Source of the DNA: an uncultured Chloroflexia bacterium
GTDB lineage: Bacteria > Chloroflexota > Limnocylindria > QHBO01
Assembly: GCA_963825525.1 (NCBI GenBank)
Contig: CAWGTN010000002.1
Coordinates: forward strand, 1,824,001 to 1,888,000
Length of the DNA stretch: 64,000 nucleotides
Direction: 5' to 3'
Both the position numbers and the translations under genes were made by a program. Positions 10,736 to 20,480 of the stretch are shown here, one piece after another; positions within the stretch are counted from its first letter, which is position 1, and each line of letters begins with the position of its first letter. Below the pieces are notes generated by a model. It was not told the origin of the DNA. It made no database searches and saw nothing but the letters and a program-made list of their open reading frames with translations.

Positions 10736-12498
10736 GCGCTGAACAGGTCGTTGCGAGGCTGAGCCGCAGCCTCGAGGATCTCGACCGTCCCGGTGCCACC
10801 GTCCACCCGGATCCGATCTCCGGTATTGACGCGCTCGGTTCCGTCCTGGGTGCCGACCACGGCGGGGATGCCGAACTCACGGGCCAGCACCGCCGGATGA
10901 GCGGTGAGGCCACCGGCGTTCGTCACGAGGCCGGCGATCTTCGTGAACAGCGCGACCCAGGCAGGGTTGGTCATGTGGCAGACGAGGATATCGCCGGCAC
11001 GGACCCCGTCGAACTGGTCCTCGCGCAGCACGACGCGAGCGGTGCCCTCGATGACGCCCGGTGAGCCGCCGATGCCGCTGAACTGACCGGCCACGTCGCC
11101 CTGCTTGCGATGGAACTTCTCGGGGAAGCCCCAGTTCGTCAGGTACGGGAATGCCAGCTGGCTCTCGGTGGCCGTGCCGATCCAGGCGGGTGGGCGGAAG
11201 CCGTAGGCCCTCTCGCGCTCTGCGCGCCGCTCGGCGACGATCGCGCGCGCGTCCATTCCCGCTGGATCACCCATGAATACTCGCAGCTCGTTGTAGCGCA
11301 GGAAGATCACGTCGTCGGGCTGGTCGAGGGCCCCGAGCTCGACCAGCTTGCGCCCGATGGCGATCAGCACCACCCGCAGGTGAGCATTCGCTCCCTGGTC
11401 GATGTAGAAGTGATGGTCGGGGGTCAGTGGCGCCATCCGCAGGTTGACCTCGTTGGCCGAGCGCATCTCCTCCAGCGCCTCACCCTCCAGAACCTCGAGG
11501 ATCTCGCGTGACGCCGCCTCGATGTCGTCCTTCAGGCTGCCCACCGTCGCCGGATAGTCGTAGTCGGTCTCGACGTATCCACGCACGAGCTCGATCACCG
11601 GCTCCATCTGCTCGTACACCGTCGGGAAGACGAACTCGTGGCTCCACACCGCGTGCCAGCCGAACTCCTTCTGGTACGGCTTCACGCGCTCGCCGATGAA
11701 GCTCCGACCGCGCTCTGAGCCCTCGAGTGCGGCAATGACTTCGCCGGCGCTCTCATGCTCGAATGACGATGTCAGGTCGGCGTCGGACATCACCTCCTGC
11801 TTCATCTCCCACAGGGCGCGGATCGAGTCCCAGTTGCGATCGCTCGCCGAGTTCTGGAGCCGCCCCAGGAGGGCCTCGTCGACCGTGCCGTGGGTCTTCT
11901 CCATCACGGCGCGCAGCTTGAGGGTGGCCGACAGCTGCGCGAAATTGAGCATCCAGTGGATCTTCCAGTGGCGATCGTGGATGTCGATGGCGTCCTCGAA
12001 CAGGACGGCCAGCTCCATGAGCGTCATCGAATCCTGGCGGTCGAGCACCTTCTCCAAGTAGGCGAAGTTGCCCTCCATCTCCGGGACGAGCCGATCACGC
12101 CACCAGTCCACGAAATTCTCGCCGTACACCGGCAGCACCGCGTCGAGATAGGTGCCGATCTTGTCGCTGTACTCCGGATCCAGCGGGACCCTGGCGCCGT
12201 AGCGTGCTCCGTACTCCATGGCGTCGACCCGCCAGGCGGGGTCAGCCGGCACGGCAGCCGTGAACAGGTAGCCGTTCACGTTCTTGGTGAGCCAGTCGCA
12301 GGCGAACGGAGTACCGAACCGCCGGAACATGTGATCGCAGGTCAGCCACCAGCCGCCGATCTCGTAGAACATCGGGCTCAGCGGATGCGGGCAATGGAGA
12401 TCGTCGAAGACCCAGAAGAGCGCCTGCTCCTGCTCCGACTCCCACGTGATCGGGAACTCGTCTGACCCGAGGAACTGGTCGAGGATCGGCTCGCTCAT
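10732..12498 (-). CDS. PEP-utilizing-enzyme protein: substrate-binding domain plus phospho-His swivel domain, no ATP-grasp
   Basis: C-terminal GGLTAHPAVLAREFGIPAVVG; N-terminal W..DDLHCPHP region resembling rifampicin-phosphotransferase/phenylphosphate-synthase central domains. Confidence 0.75.
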   Translation of the reverse strand: MSEPILDQFLGSDEFPITWESEQEQALFWVFDDLHCPHPLSPMFYEIGGWWLTCDHMFRRFGTPFACDWLTKNVNGYLFTAAVPADPAWRVDAMEYGARYGARVPLDPEYSDKIGTYLDAVLPVYGENFVDWWRDRLVPEMEGNFAYLEKVLDRQDSMTLMELAVLFEDAIDIHDRHWKIHWMLNFAQLSATLKLRAVMEKTHGTVDEALLGRLQNSASDRNWDSIRALWEMKQEVMSDADLTSSFEHESAGEVIAALEGSERGRSFIGERVKPYQKEFGWHAVWSHEFVFPTVYEQMEPVIELVRGYVETDYDYPATVGSLKDDIEAASREILEVLEGEALEEMRSANEVNLRMAPLTPDHHFYIDQGANAHLRVVLIAIGRKLVELGALDQPDDVIFLRYNELRVFMGDPAGMDARAIVAERRAERERAYGFRPPAWIGTATESQLAFPYLTNWGFPEKFHRKQGDVAGQFSGIGGSPGVIEGTARVVLREDQFDGVRAGDILVCHMTNPAWVALFTKIAGLVTNAGGLTAHPAVLAREFGIPAVVGTQDGTERVNTGDRIRVDGGTGTVEILEAAAQPRNDLFSA

Positions 12499-12533
12499 CG
12501 CGGCATGGCACCTCTCGTCGCTGTGCGTGAAGG

Positions 12534-12552
12534 ATCGATCATCGATGATAAT
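12534..12552. promoter_or_regulatory. Palindrome ATCGATCATCGAT next to -10 GATAAT in the divergent promoter region
   Basis: Direct sequence; matches the 3525-3535 palindrome. Confidence 0.55.
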
Positions 12553-12560
12553 GCAGCGCG

Positions 12561-14100
12561 ATGACCAGCCGCTACGTCCACGACTTCGATTCGACCCCCG
12601 ATATCGAGCCCGACGAGCTCGTTCGGCTTCTCGGCGGCAAGGGCGCCAACCTGGCGGTCATGGCCACCGAGCTTGGCCTGCCGGTGCCGCCGGGCTTCAC
12701 GATCTCGACCGAGGCGTGCGTCGCGTATCTGGGCGGCGCGTGGCCAGATGCACTTGACGATGAGCTGCGTGATCACGTCGCGCGGCTGGAGGAGCTGATC
12801 GGCCGCCGATTCGGGCACGCCGACGACCCGCTCCTGGTGAGCGTCCGCTCCGGTGCCCCGGTCTCGATGCCCGGGATGATGGACACCGTCCTGAACCTCG
12901 GGCTCAACGAGACGACCGTCCGCGGCCTTGCGGCAGCGACCGGCGATCCCGATTTCGCTGCCGACTGCCTCCGCCGATTTCACGACGGCTACCGTCAGGT
13001 GATCGGAGCTCTGGAGGCGCCGGAGGATCCGTGGCGGCAGCTCCGCGAGGCGATCGAGGCCGTGTTTCGCTCCTGGAACAGCGAGCGCGCCCAGGCGTAT
13101 CGGCGACGGGAGGGGATTCCGGACGACATCGGCACTGCGGTCACCGTGCAGGCCATGGTGTTCGGCAACCGTGGACCGGACTCGGGAACCGGCGTGCTGT
13201 TCACACGCAACCCGTCGACGGGGGAGCCGACCCTGTTCGGCGACATCATGTTCGACGCCCAGGGCGAGGACGTCGTGGCAGGCACGCATGAGCCGCAGCC
13301 GCTTGACGCGCTGGACGGTCGTCTGCCCGAGGTTGCGAAGCGAGCTTCGATCGCATGCCGATCGGCTGGAGCGGCATTACCGGGATCTGTGTGACATCGA
13401 ATTCACGATCGAGCAGGGCAGGCTGTGGCTGCTCCAGGTCCGCGCCGGCAAGCGGAGCCCGCAGGCCGCGCTGCGGATGGCGATCGACATGGCCGAGGAT
13501 GCGAGCTTCCCATTGTCACGGGAAGAGGCCGTGCGGCGGGTGGCGGCGCATCTCGCCGATCCGCCGCGGGTCTTCGTCAGCGCCGGGGATCGGCCGATCC
13601 CGATCGCGACCGGGCTGCCGGCCTCGCCGGGCGTCGGTTACGGAGCCATCGTCCTGACCTCGGACGACGCCGAGTCCGCCGCGGCCGATGGACGCACGGT
13701 GATCCTCGTCCGGAGCGAGACGTCGCCGGAGGATGTTCGCGGCATGGCCCGTTCGGAGGGGATTCTCACGGCGCGCGGGGGCCTCGCAAGCCACGCGGCG
13801 GTCGTGGCCCGCGGTTGGGGGATCCCGGCCGTGGTCGGCGCCCGTGACGTCGTGCCCGGCAATGATGGCGTCGAGATCGGCGGGCAACGGTTTGCGGCCG
13901 GAGCTGAGCTCACGATCGATGGGAGCAGCGGCGAGGTCTTCAGCGGCTCGCTGGAGGGGACGTGGGAGATGCCTCCCGAGGCGGCGACGCTGCTTGCCTG
14001 GGCCGACGAGCTTGGGGTTGAGCGTGACGCCATCCGATGCCGACGCGACTGCGGCGAAGGCCCCGACTCGCAGGCGATGCCCCAGCCGGCGAGGACGTGA
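12561..14100 (+). CDS. Truncated pyruvate,phosphate dikinase-like protein (ATP-grasp plus His swivel, no pyruvate-binding barrel); frameshift near 13340
   Basis: LLGGKGANL, VSVRSGA..SMPGMMDTVLNLG, VQAMVFGN, AQGEDVV, DIEFTIE, GGLASHAAVVAR. Confidence 0.85.
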
Positions 14101-14714
14101 CGGCCGACGACGTGCTGCGCGCACTTCTCATCAAGGGCGCAACCGAGCCCGAACAGCTCGCCGACGCTCTGCGGTCCACGGCCACGGACCTCGAGGCGGT
14201 CACGACCGAGCTCGGCGACGAGGGAGCGATCGAGCGGATCGATACGGCGCTTCGCCTGTCCACCGATGGGAAGCTTCGTGCCCGTGCGTTGATCGCCGAC
14301 GATCGGGCGGAGGTCGGCGAGGCCCGAGCCGGCGAGCTCCTGGAAGCGTTCCACGCCTTCGACGGGCGGATGAAGGAGATCGTGACCGCGTGGCAGGTGC
14401 GGGACGCGGATGGTCAGCAGACCCTCAATGATCACCAGGACGCGGAGTACGACGCACGAATCCTCGACGACCTGGCCGCGCTGCACGCCGATACCTCGTC
14501 ATGGATCGAGGCACTTGCCGTCCAGCTCGCTCGGTATGCCGGCTACCGGCAGCGGTTGACTGATGCGGTGTCACGTGCCCGGGACGGGGACCAGCGCTAC
14601 GTGGCCTCGCCGCGCGTGGACAGCTATCACGGCGTCTGGTTCGAGCTCCACGAGGACCTGATCCAGCTCGCCGGCCGGCGTCGGTCCGACGAGGCTGCCG
14701 CCGGCCGCGCCTGA
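14097..14714 (+). CDS. Winged-helix plus helical domain protein resembling the partner of mycobacterial truncated PpdK (Rv1126c-like); separate gene or fused tail
   Basis: WQ...NDHxD...SYHGVWFELHEDL motifs; GTGA overlap with upstream stop. Confidence 0.6.
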   Translation: MTADDVLRALLIKGATEPEQLADALRSTATDLEAVTTELGDEGAIERIDTALRLSTDGKLRARALIADDRAEVGEARAGELLEAFHAFDGRMKEIVTAWQVRDADGQQTLNDHQDAEYDARILDDLAALHADTSSWIEALAVQLARYAGYRQRLTDAVSRARDGDQRYVASPRVDSYHGVWFELHEDLIQLAGRRRSDEAAAGRA

Positions 14715-14715
14715 G

Positions 14716-15522
14716 TCAGCCCTCGCTGACGGACCACCCGCCGTCCACGTCGATCACCTGCCCGGTGATCATGCGCGCGCCCGGCCCCAGCAGATGGAGC
14801 GCGGTGGGCGTGACGTCCTCCACCTCGATCGGCCCGCGCGCCCGTGGCTGTTTGCGCTCGAGGAAGGCTCGTACCGCGGGGTCCTCCTGGGCTCGCCGGC
14901 TCATCGGCGTGGCGACCAGGGACGGGGCGATGGCGTTGACCCGGATGCCGTGGGTGGCGTAGGCCGAGGCCATCGAGCGGGTCAGGGCCTCGATCCCGCC
15001 CTTGCTGGCGGCGTAGGCGTGGGTGCCGAAATGCTCTGCCGATGGATGGCGGGACAGCACGCTCGACATGTTGAGGATGACGCCGCGCTCGCCGTGCGCG
15101 TCCGGCTCCTGGGTGAGCATCTGGCGCACGACGGCGCGGCAGACGAGGAAGAGGCTGGTCAGGTTGCCGCCGATGACCGCCTCCCAGCCGGCCAGCGACG
15201 CCTCGTGCACGGGACCGTCGCCGAAGCGGCGGCCGCTGATGCCCGCGACGTTGTAGGCGGCATCGATCCGGCCGAAGCGCTCGATCGCCGCCGAGACGGC
15301 CCGTTCGGCGTCATCTTCCCGGGCCAGGTCGGCGCTCTCGTACGCCACCGAACCGCCACCGGACTCGATCTCGGCCGCCAGCGAACGGACACGCTCTGGG
15401 TCCCGCGCGACGAGGAACACGCTGCCGCCCTCGTCGGCGATCGCGCGGGCGGCCGATGCGGCCATTCCCGTCGACCCGGTGACGAGGGCGACACGACCCT
15501 CGAAGCGGCCGGGATGGGTCAT
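14716..15522 (-). CDS. SDR family oxidoreductase
   Basis: TGSTGMA, YAASK, TGQVIDVDGG. Confidence 0.85.
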   Translation of the reverse strand: MTHPGRFEGRVALVTGSTGMAASAARAIADEGGSVFLVARDPERVRSLAAEIESGGGSVAYESADLAREDDAERAVSAAIERFGRIDAAYNVAGISGRRFGDGPVHEASLAGWEAVIGGNLTSLFLVCRAVVRQMLTQEPDAHGERGVILNMSSVLSRHPSAEHFGTHAYAASKGGIEALTRSMASAYATHGIRVNAIAPSLVATPMSRRAQEDPAVRAFLERKQPRARGPIEVEDVTPTALHLLGPGARMITGQVIDVDGGWSVSEG

Positions 15523-16159
15523 GACCCGGCGATCAGCCGCACGAGGTCGCGGCGTGCTGCGGCATCGGCCTTCGTGATGGCGCTCCCAACGCCCACGGCG
15601 ACGGCCCCGGCCTCGAGGTAGGCGATCGCGTTGCCGGCGTCCACGCCGCCGGTCGGGATGAGCTCCACTTCTGTCATCGGGCCTCGCACCTCACGGACCA
15701 TGGCCGGCCCCGACGGCCGAGGCGGGAAAGAGCTTGACCATGGTTGCACCTGCCGCCCACGCCGCGCCGATCTCGGTCGGGGTCATGGCGCCGGGAATGA
15801 AGGGGAGTCCCCGCCTCGGTGGATGAACGAAGCAGGTCGAGGTCGAGGAGCGGCGCCACCGCAAAGTCGGCGCCGGCCCCGCGGGCTGCGGTCAGCTGGT
15901 CGCCCGTTCGCACCGTTCCCGCGCCGACCAGGAACGGGCCGTCGTCACGTCGGCCGAGATCGGCCCGCAGCGCCGCGAGGTCCTCCGCGCCCGCCGCCGA
16001 GTCCAGGGTGACCTCGAAGATCCTGGCGCCCGCGTCGGCGAGCTCACGGGCCATGGTCAGCAGGTGCTCGCGGGGCTCGATCCGTCGAAGGACCACGACC
16101 AGCCGATGACGGCGGATGGCCTCGGCCACCGGGCTGCGCCGCAGCTCGAGGGCGGTCAT
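15519..16159 (-). CDS. eda: KDPG/KHG aldolase family protein (frameshifted)
   Basis: VVLR, FEVT, VGAGTV, then MTPTE, VKLFP and PTGGV in shifted frames. Confidence 0.75.
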
Positions 16160-17453
16160 CGGGCCAACGCCGCGGGAAGCGGATCCAGCAACGCTCCGTC
16201 GGCTTGAAGCCGGTCGCGCAGGGCGACTGGCATCCACGCTCCGTGGCGTCGTCCGCGACGCCACTGCCATGGCGGCGGCGGTCCCGGCGGCCTGCCCCAT
16301 GGCCATGCAGGTCGCCATCGAGCGGGCCGAGGCATGGGCGTCGTGCGTGGCCGAGAAGCATCTGCCCGCGACCAGCAGCCCCTCGACATCCTGCGGCAGG
16401 AGCGATCGGTACGGAATGCCATAGACGCCGGACTCGTCGACGTAGCGCCATTCGGTGTCGCCGCCGGCGTGGTGATCCTCGATCGGTGCGCCGCACAGGG
16501 CGATCTCATCGTCGAAGCGGCGCGCCTGGAGCACGTCCTCGCGGGTCAGCCGGTAGTCACCGTGCACGCGACGGCTCTCGCGGACGCCGATCGACGGGCT
16601 GGTGGCGACGACGACCGACGCCTCGAAGCCGGGGACCCGGTCGCGCAGGAAGCGGGCGTACTCGCGCACCTGGCGGCGGCCCTCGACCTCGGCGCGGGTG
16701 AGCTGCTCCGGGATCCGTGGCGTCGACGTTCGGGATGCGGGTCATGTGGATGAGCACGATCCCCTCGAAGGGAGTCCGATGCCACGACCCCTCGATGCGC
16801 GGCAGGCGGTAGTCGCCCGAATCGGCGGCCGCTCGCATGAGCTCCCAGAGCTCGGCCTTGGGGACGGCCGACGCACGCGCGACGTCCACGTTCGCGACCT
16901 TGAACAACGTCGAGAGCGACTGGACCTGCCCGGTGGCCTGCGCATTCTCGTACGGAACCCCGGCCAGGGCGCTGACATCGGCATCACCTGAGGCGTCAAC
17001 GATCGCATCGGCGCCGATGAACCGTTCGCCGCCCTTGTTCCAGATGCGGATGCCGGTGATGCGGTCACCATCCATGGTCACGCCGGTGACCCAGGTGTGG
17101 AGCAGCAGCTCAACGCCCGCATCCTCGGCCAGCTGCTCCCACAGCAGCTTGAGCGCCTCCTGGTCATACGTGACGCCCGTGCCCGCTCCGTAGGTGTTCG
17201 GCCGCTCGAAGGCCACGCCATCGCCCGTGAGGCGTTCGACCACCTCCCAGCCGATGCCGCCCACGACCCGTCGTGGATCCTCGCCGGGTGTGTAGAACGC
17301 GTAGAACGTGTCGAGCACGGCGGTCGAGGTGCCACCCATGAACCCGAGCCGGTCGACGAGCAGCGTCGAGGCGCCGGACCGAGCCGCCGCGATGGCGGCC
17401 GTCGACCCGGCCGATCCGGAGCCGACCACGGCAACGTCGTAGCGGTCCCTCAC
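16156..17453 (-). CDS. FAD-dependent oxidoreductase (FAD_oxidored family); frameshifts near 16715 and 16205
   Basis: GSGSAG, DASGDAD, GVRESRR, YGIPYRSL, AGRCFS, MAMGQAAG. Confidence 0.8.
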
Positions 17454-18406
17454 GATGCAGTCCCCGCGAGGGCGAAGGCACGGGCCGGGTTGTTGACCAG
17501 GATGCTGTCGACCGCGTCGCCGCCGATCCGACTGCGGAGGCGCGGGACGAACGTCTCCATGAGGTAGCGCAGGCCCGGGCCGCCTCCGTAGGCGCGAAGC
17601 ATCGATCGCCGGCCCATGTCGAGGCCGAGCATGATCCGATCGAGGTGACCGGCGCCGGCGACCGCCTCGATCAGGCCCAGGATCTCGCTGTCGGGCCGGT
17701 ACTTGGTGCGCCCGATGGTGTCGTACTCGAGAAACACGCCTCGTGCGGCGATCTCGGCGTGGAGCTCGGGATCGGGGTTGCGATCCATGTGGGCCAGGAT
17801 GATCCGGTCGTTCGCGAGCCCATGCCCGGTGAGGATGTCGACGATCTCGTGACCGAACGTCCCCACCTCGGCGTGGACGAGGACGGCGACTCCTGCCCGC
17901 AGCGCGCCGATCGCCGAGGCCTCGAGACGCCGACGCTCGGCATCGCTGGCGTGGTGGTACGACGCCCCGGCCTTGATGACGCCGGCCCGAGCTTCGTCCG
18001 GCATGGCATCCGGGTCGTCCCAATCGCCGGGGTGCATGCCGACTTCGAGGTCGCGCACGACCCTGTCGGCCAGCATCTCGACCGACGCCTCATGCACCCA
18101 GTGACCCGCCGGGTAGTGCGCGTCGCGGTGATAGCCGGTGGCGCCGATGATCGGCATGCCGCTGGCCGTCGAGACCGCGCGGAGGAGGTCCGGTCGTCGC
18201 CCCAGTCCGATCGGTGTGACGTCGACGATGGTCCCGATTCCACTCTCGCGGCCCTCGAGGGCCTCGGCGGTGGACAGCCCGAGATCCTCGAACTCGTCGC
18301 CGGGAAGGGCTGGAGTACGGAGAAAGAGGTGGTCGTGGGCATCCACCACGCCAAGACGGGAGACCGGCACGGCGCCGGTCACGGTCATCACCTCGGGCTC
18401 GGGCAC
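17450..18406 (-). CDS. Phosphotriesterase-family amidohydrolase (possible lactonase)
   Basis: HDHL, IVDVTPIGLGR, GVIK, VH, AHMD, GLD, NNP motifs. Confidence 0.85.
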   Translation of the reverse strand: MPEPEVMTVTGAVPVSRLGVVDAHDHLFLRTPALPGDEFEDLGLSTAEALEGRESGIGTIVDVTPIGLGRRPDLLRAVSTASGMPIIGATGYHRDAHYPAGHWVHEASVEMLADRVVRDLEVGMHPGDWDDPDAMPDEARAGVIKAGASYHHASDAERRRLEASAIGALRAGVAVLVHAEVGTFGHEIVDILTGHGLANDRIILAHMDRNPDPELHAEIAARGVFLEYDTIGRTKYRPDSEILGLIEAVAGAGHLDRIMLGLDMGRRSMLRAYGGGPGLRYLMETFVPRLRSRIGGDAVDSILVNNPARAFALAGTAS

Positions 18407-18476
18407 GTCTCAACCACTCCGCCGCTCCAGCACTGATCCCCTCGGCATGGTAGCGGCGAAGCGAGGCCCGGGCAGA

Positions 18477-18671
18477 TCAGCCCCGGTGCGTCTCGTCCTC
18501 GCTGTCGGGGTCGGCGTCGGATTCCGGGGGAATGTTCGCTTCGTCGGCGTCGGTCATCTCCGGGTCATACGCCTTCCCCTCGTCCGGCGGTGGGCTCTTG
18601 GGCTGCTCGATGCTCCGGGCATCGGTGTCGTGGTCGCTCATGCCGTTCGCCTCCCCGTGGTCGGTCATCAA
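18477..18671 (-). CDS. Small acidic hydrophilic protein
   Basis: 64 aa, D/E/P-rich; SD CAGGAGA; overlaps upstream stop. Confidence 0.55.
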   Translation of the reverse strand: MMTDHGEANGMSDHDTDARSIEQPKSPPPDEGKAYDPEMTDADEANIPPESDADPDSEDETHRG

Positions 18672-18889
18672 GAGTCTCCTGCCCGTCGCACGTCATCATC
18701 CCCTGCCTGGTCGCCCTCGCGGTGACCCTCGGGCCAGGCTCCCTCGCGCGGGGCTGGTCCCGATTCGTTGTTGGTGACCGCCACGCGCTCGGCTCCATCG
18801 TCCAGCCCTTCACGCACCTGCTCGGTGTTCTCGTCGGGGTGCTGTCCGATCCAGGCGCCGCCCTCGCGCCGCTTCGTGTCGTCCTGCAT
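18668..18889 (-). CDS. Small acidic hydrophilic protein (MQDDTKRREGGAWIG...)
   Basis: SD CAGGAGG before ATG at 18889; 73 aa. Confidence 0.6.
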   Translation of the reverse strand: MQDDTKRREGGAWIGQHPDENTEQVREGLDDGAERVAVTNNESGPAPREGAWPEGHREGDQAGDDDVRRAGDS

Positions 18890-18920
18890 CCGTTCGCCTC
18901 CTGTGTGATGGCGATCCTGT

Positions 18921-18936
18921 TGCAAGGCGCACGCCG
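18921..18936 (-). promoter_or_regulatory. Possible sigma54-type -24/-12 promoter CGGCGTGCGCCTTGCA
   Basis: GG-N10-GC spacing with TTGCA, about 30 nt upstream of the start. Confidence 0.35.
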
Positions 18937-18984
18937 AAACTGGCCACGGTCTTCCTGGGCCGAGCGCCTCGGCCCTGCGTGCGG

Positions 18985-19507
18985 CTAGGTGTTGTACGCG
19001 GACATGATCCGATCCTTGGCGCCGGTCTTGTGATCCGGGATCGGTGTCATGCGTGTCGGTGCTGCCCGGGGCGGGAACGGCGGCCGCGATGTCGACGCCG
19101 GTGTCGACCAGCAGCGCATTGACCGCGTCCACGTAGGCCCCCACCGAGGCCTCGAGGATGTTCTCGCTCACGAACGTGCCCGGATACACGGGGCCGCTCT
19201 CGTCGGCCCGGCTGCGCACGGCAACGGAGACGGAACCCTTCGTCTCGTGGCCCGGACCCTGGGCATGGACGTCGTAGGAGACCAGCGAGATGCCGTCGCC
19301 GAGGACCGGCGCGAGAGCGTCATCGACCGCTCGCATGAGCGCATCCACCGCGCCGTTGCCGTCGGCGTGCGCTCGCCAGCGATGCCCGCCACCGTGGAGC
19401 ACGAGCGAGGCACGGCTGCCGCGGTCGCTGCCGCTGGTTGCCGACCAGCGCTCGATGCTCAGGCCGGCCGCGGTGCCGGCCGTCTCGTCGGGCTGGGAAG
19501 TGGTCAT
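18985..19507 (-). CDS. Stand-alone LeuA/CimA-type allosteric (regulatory) domain protein; frameshift near 19038
   Basis: GNGAVDAL...LVSYDV...ENILEASVGAYVDAVN; SD AAGGAG; corrected C-terminus ...DRIMSAYNT*. Confidence 0.75.
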
Positions 19508-19538
19508 CGGGTTCGGTCTCCTTGCGGTCGGGCGGCGC

Positions 19539-20480
19539 TCAGATCGAGGTGAGCCAGGATGCGTAGCGCTCGTCCGTGCCACGGACCGCGGCGAAGTAGC
19601 GTTGCTGGATGTCGAGCGATGTCGGGAACTCGCCCGTGCCCACCGGACGATCGTCGACCGAGGAGATCGGCGCAACCTGCACGCCGGTCCCGGTGAGGAA
19701 GATCTCGTCCGCCAGGTACAGCTCCGAGCGGTCGATTCGCCGCTCGGCGACGTCGTGGCCCGCATCGGCCGCGATGCGCAGGATCGCTGCACGCGTGATG
19801 CCGGCCAGGACGTCATCGGTCAATGGCGGCGTGGCGATCTCGTTGCCGCGCACCACGAACAGGTTGGCGGCCGACGCCTCGGCCACGTGCCCGTCACCGG
19901 TCAGCAGGATCGCGTCGTCATAGCCGCCGGCGTGCGCGTCCTCGGCGGCGAACGCGGCGTTCACGTACGAGCCGCTGATCTTGCCGCGAGCCGGGATGGC
20001 GTTGTCACTGACGCGCTGCCAGCCCGAGACCGTGACCCGGATCCCGCCGGTCGGCAGGTAGTCGCCGAGCGGGATGGTGAAGATGCCGATCCGATCCTCC
20101 AGGCCGCTGAGCTGGACGCGGATCGACGGCGCCGACTTGTAGACCAGCGGCCGGATGTAGGCGTCGCCCTCGTGCGCATTGCGTCGCAGGAGGTCGAGCG
20201 TGATCTCGACCAGGTCGTCCGCCGACTCCGGCACGGTCGCCCGCAGCAGGCGCGCGTTGCGCAGGAGTCGCTCGTAGTGCTCGCGAGCGAAGAGGATCGC
20301 GCTGCTGCCATCGGCCTGGCGATAGGCGCGAATGCCCTCGAACACGGCCGTGCCGTAGTTGAAGGTGTGCGTCGCGATGCTGACATTCGCCTCGCCGATG
20401 GGCACCACGGCGCCCTCGAAGTACGCCCAGGCGCCCAGGCCGGCGGCCGATGCCGCGGGGCGCGGTTCGGTCGCCGTCAC
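19539..20480 (-). CDS. ilvE: Branched-chain amino acid aminotransferase
   Basis: YGTAVFEGIR, KISGSY, EASAANLF, LAGITR. Confidence 0.9.
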   Translation of the reverse strand: MTATEPRPAASAAGLGAWAYFEGAVVPIGEANVSIATHTFNYGTAVFEGIRAYRQADGSSAILFAREHYERLLRNARLLRATVPESADDLVEITLDLLRRNAHEGDAYIRPLVYKSAPSIRVQLSGLEDRIGIFTIPLGDYLPTGGIRVTVSGWQRVSDNAIPARGKISGSYVNAAFAAEDAHAGGYDDAILLTGDGHVAEASAANLFVVRGNEIATPPLTDDVLAGITRAAILRIAADAGHDVAERRIDRSELYLADEIFLTGTGVQVAPISSVDDRPVGTGEFPTSLDIQQRYFAAVRGTDERYASWLTSI

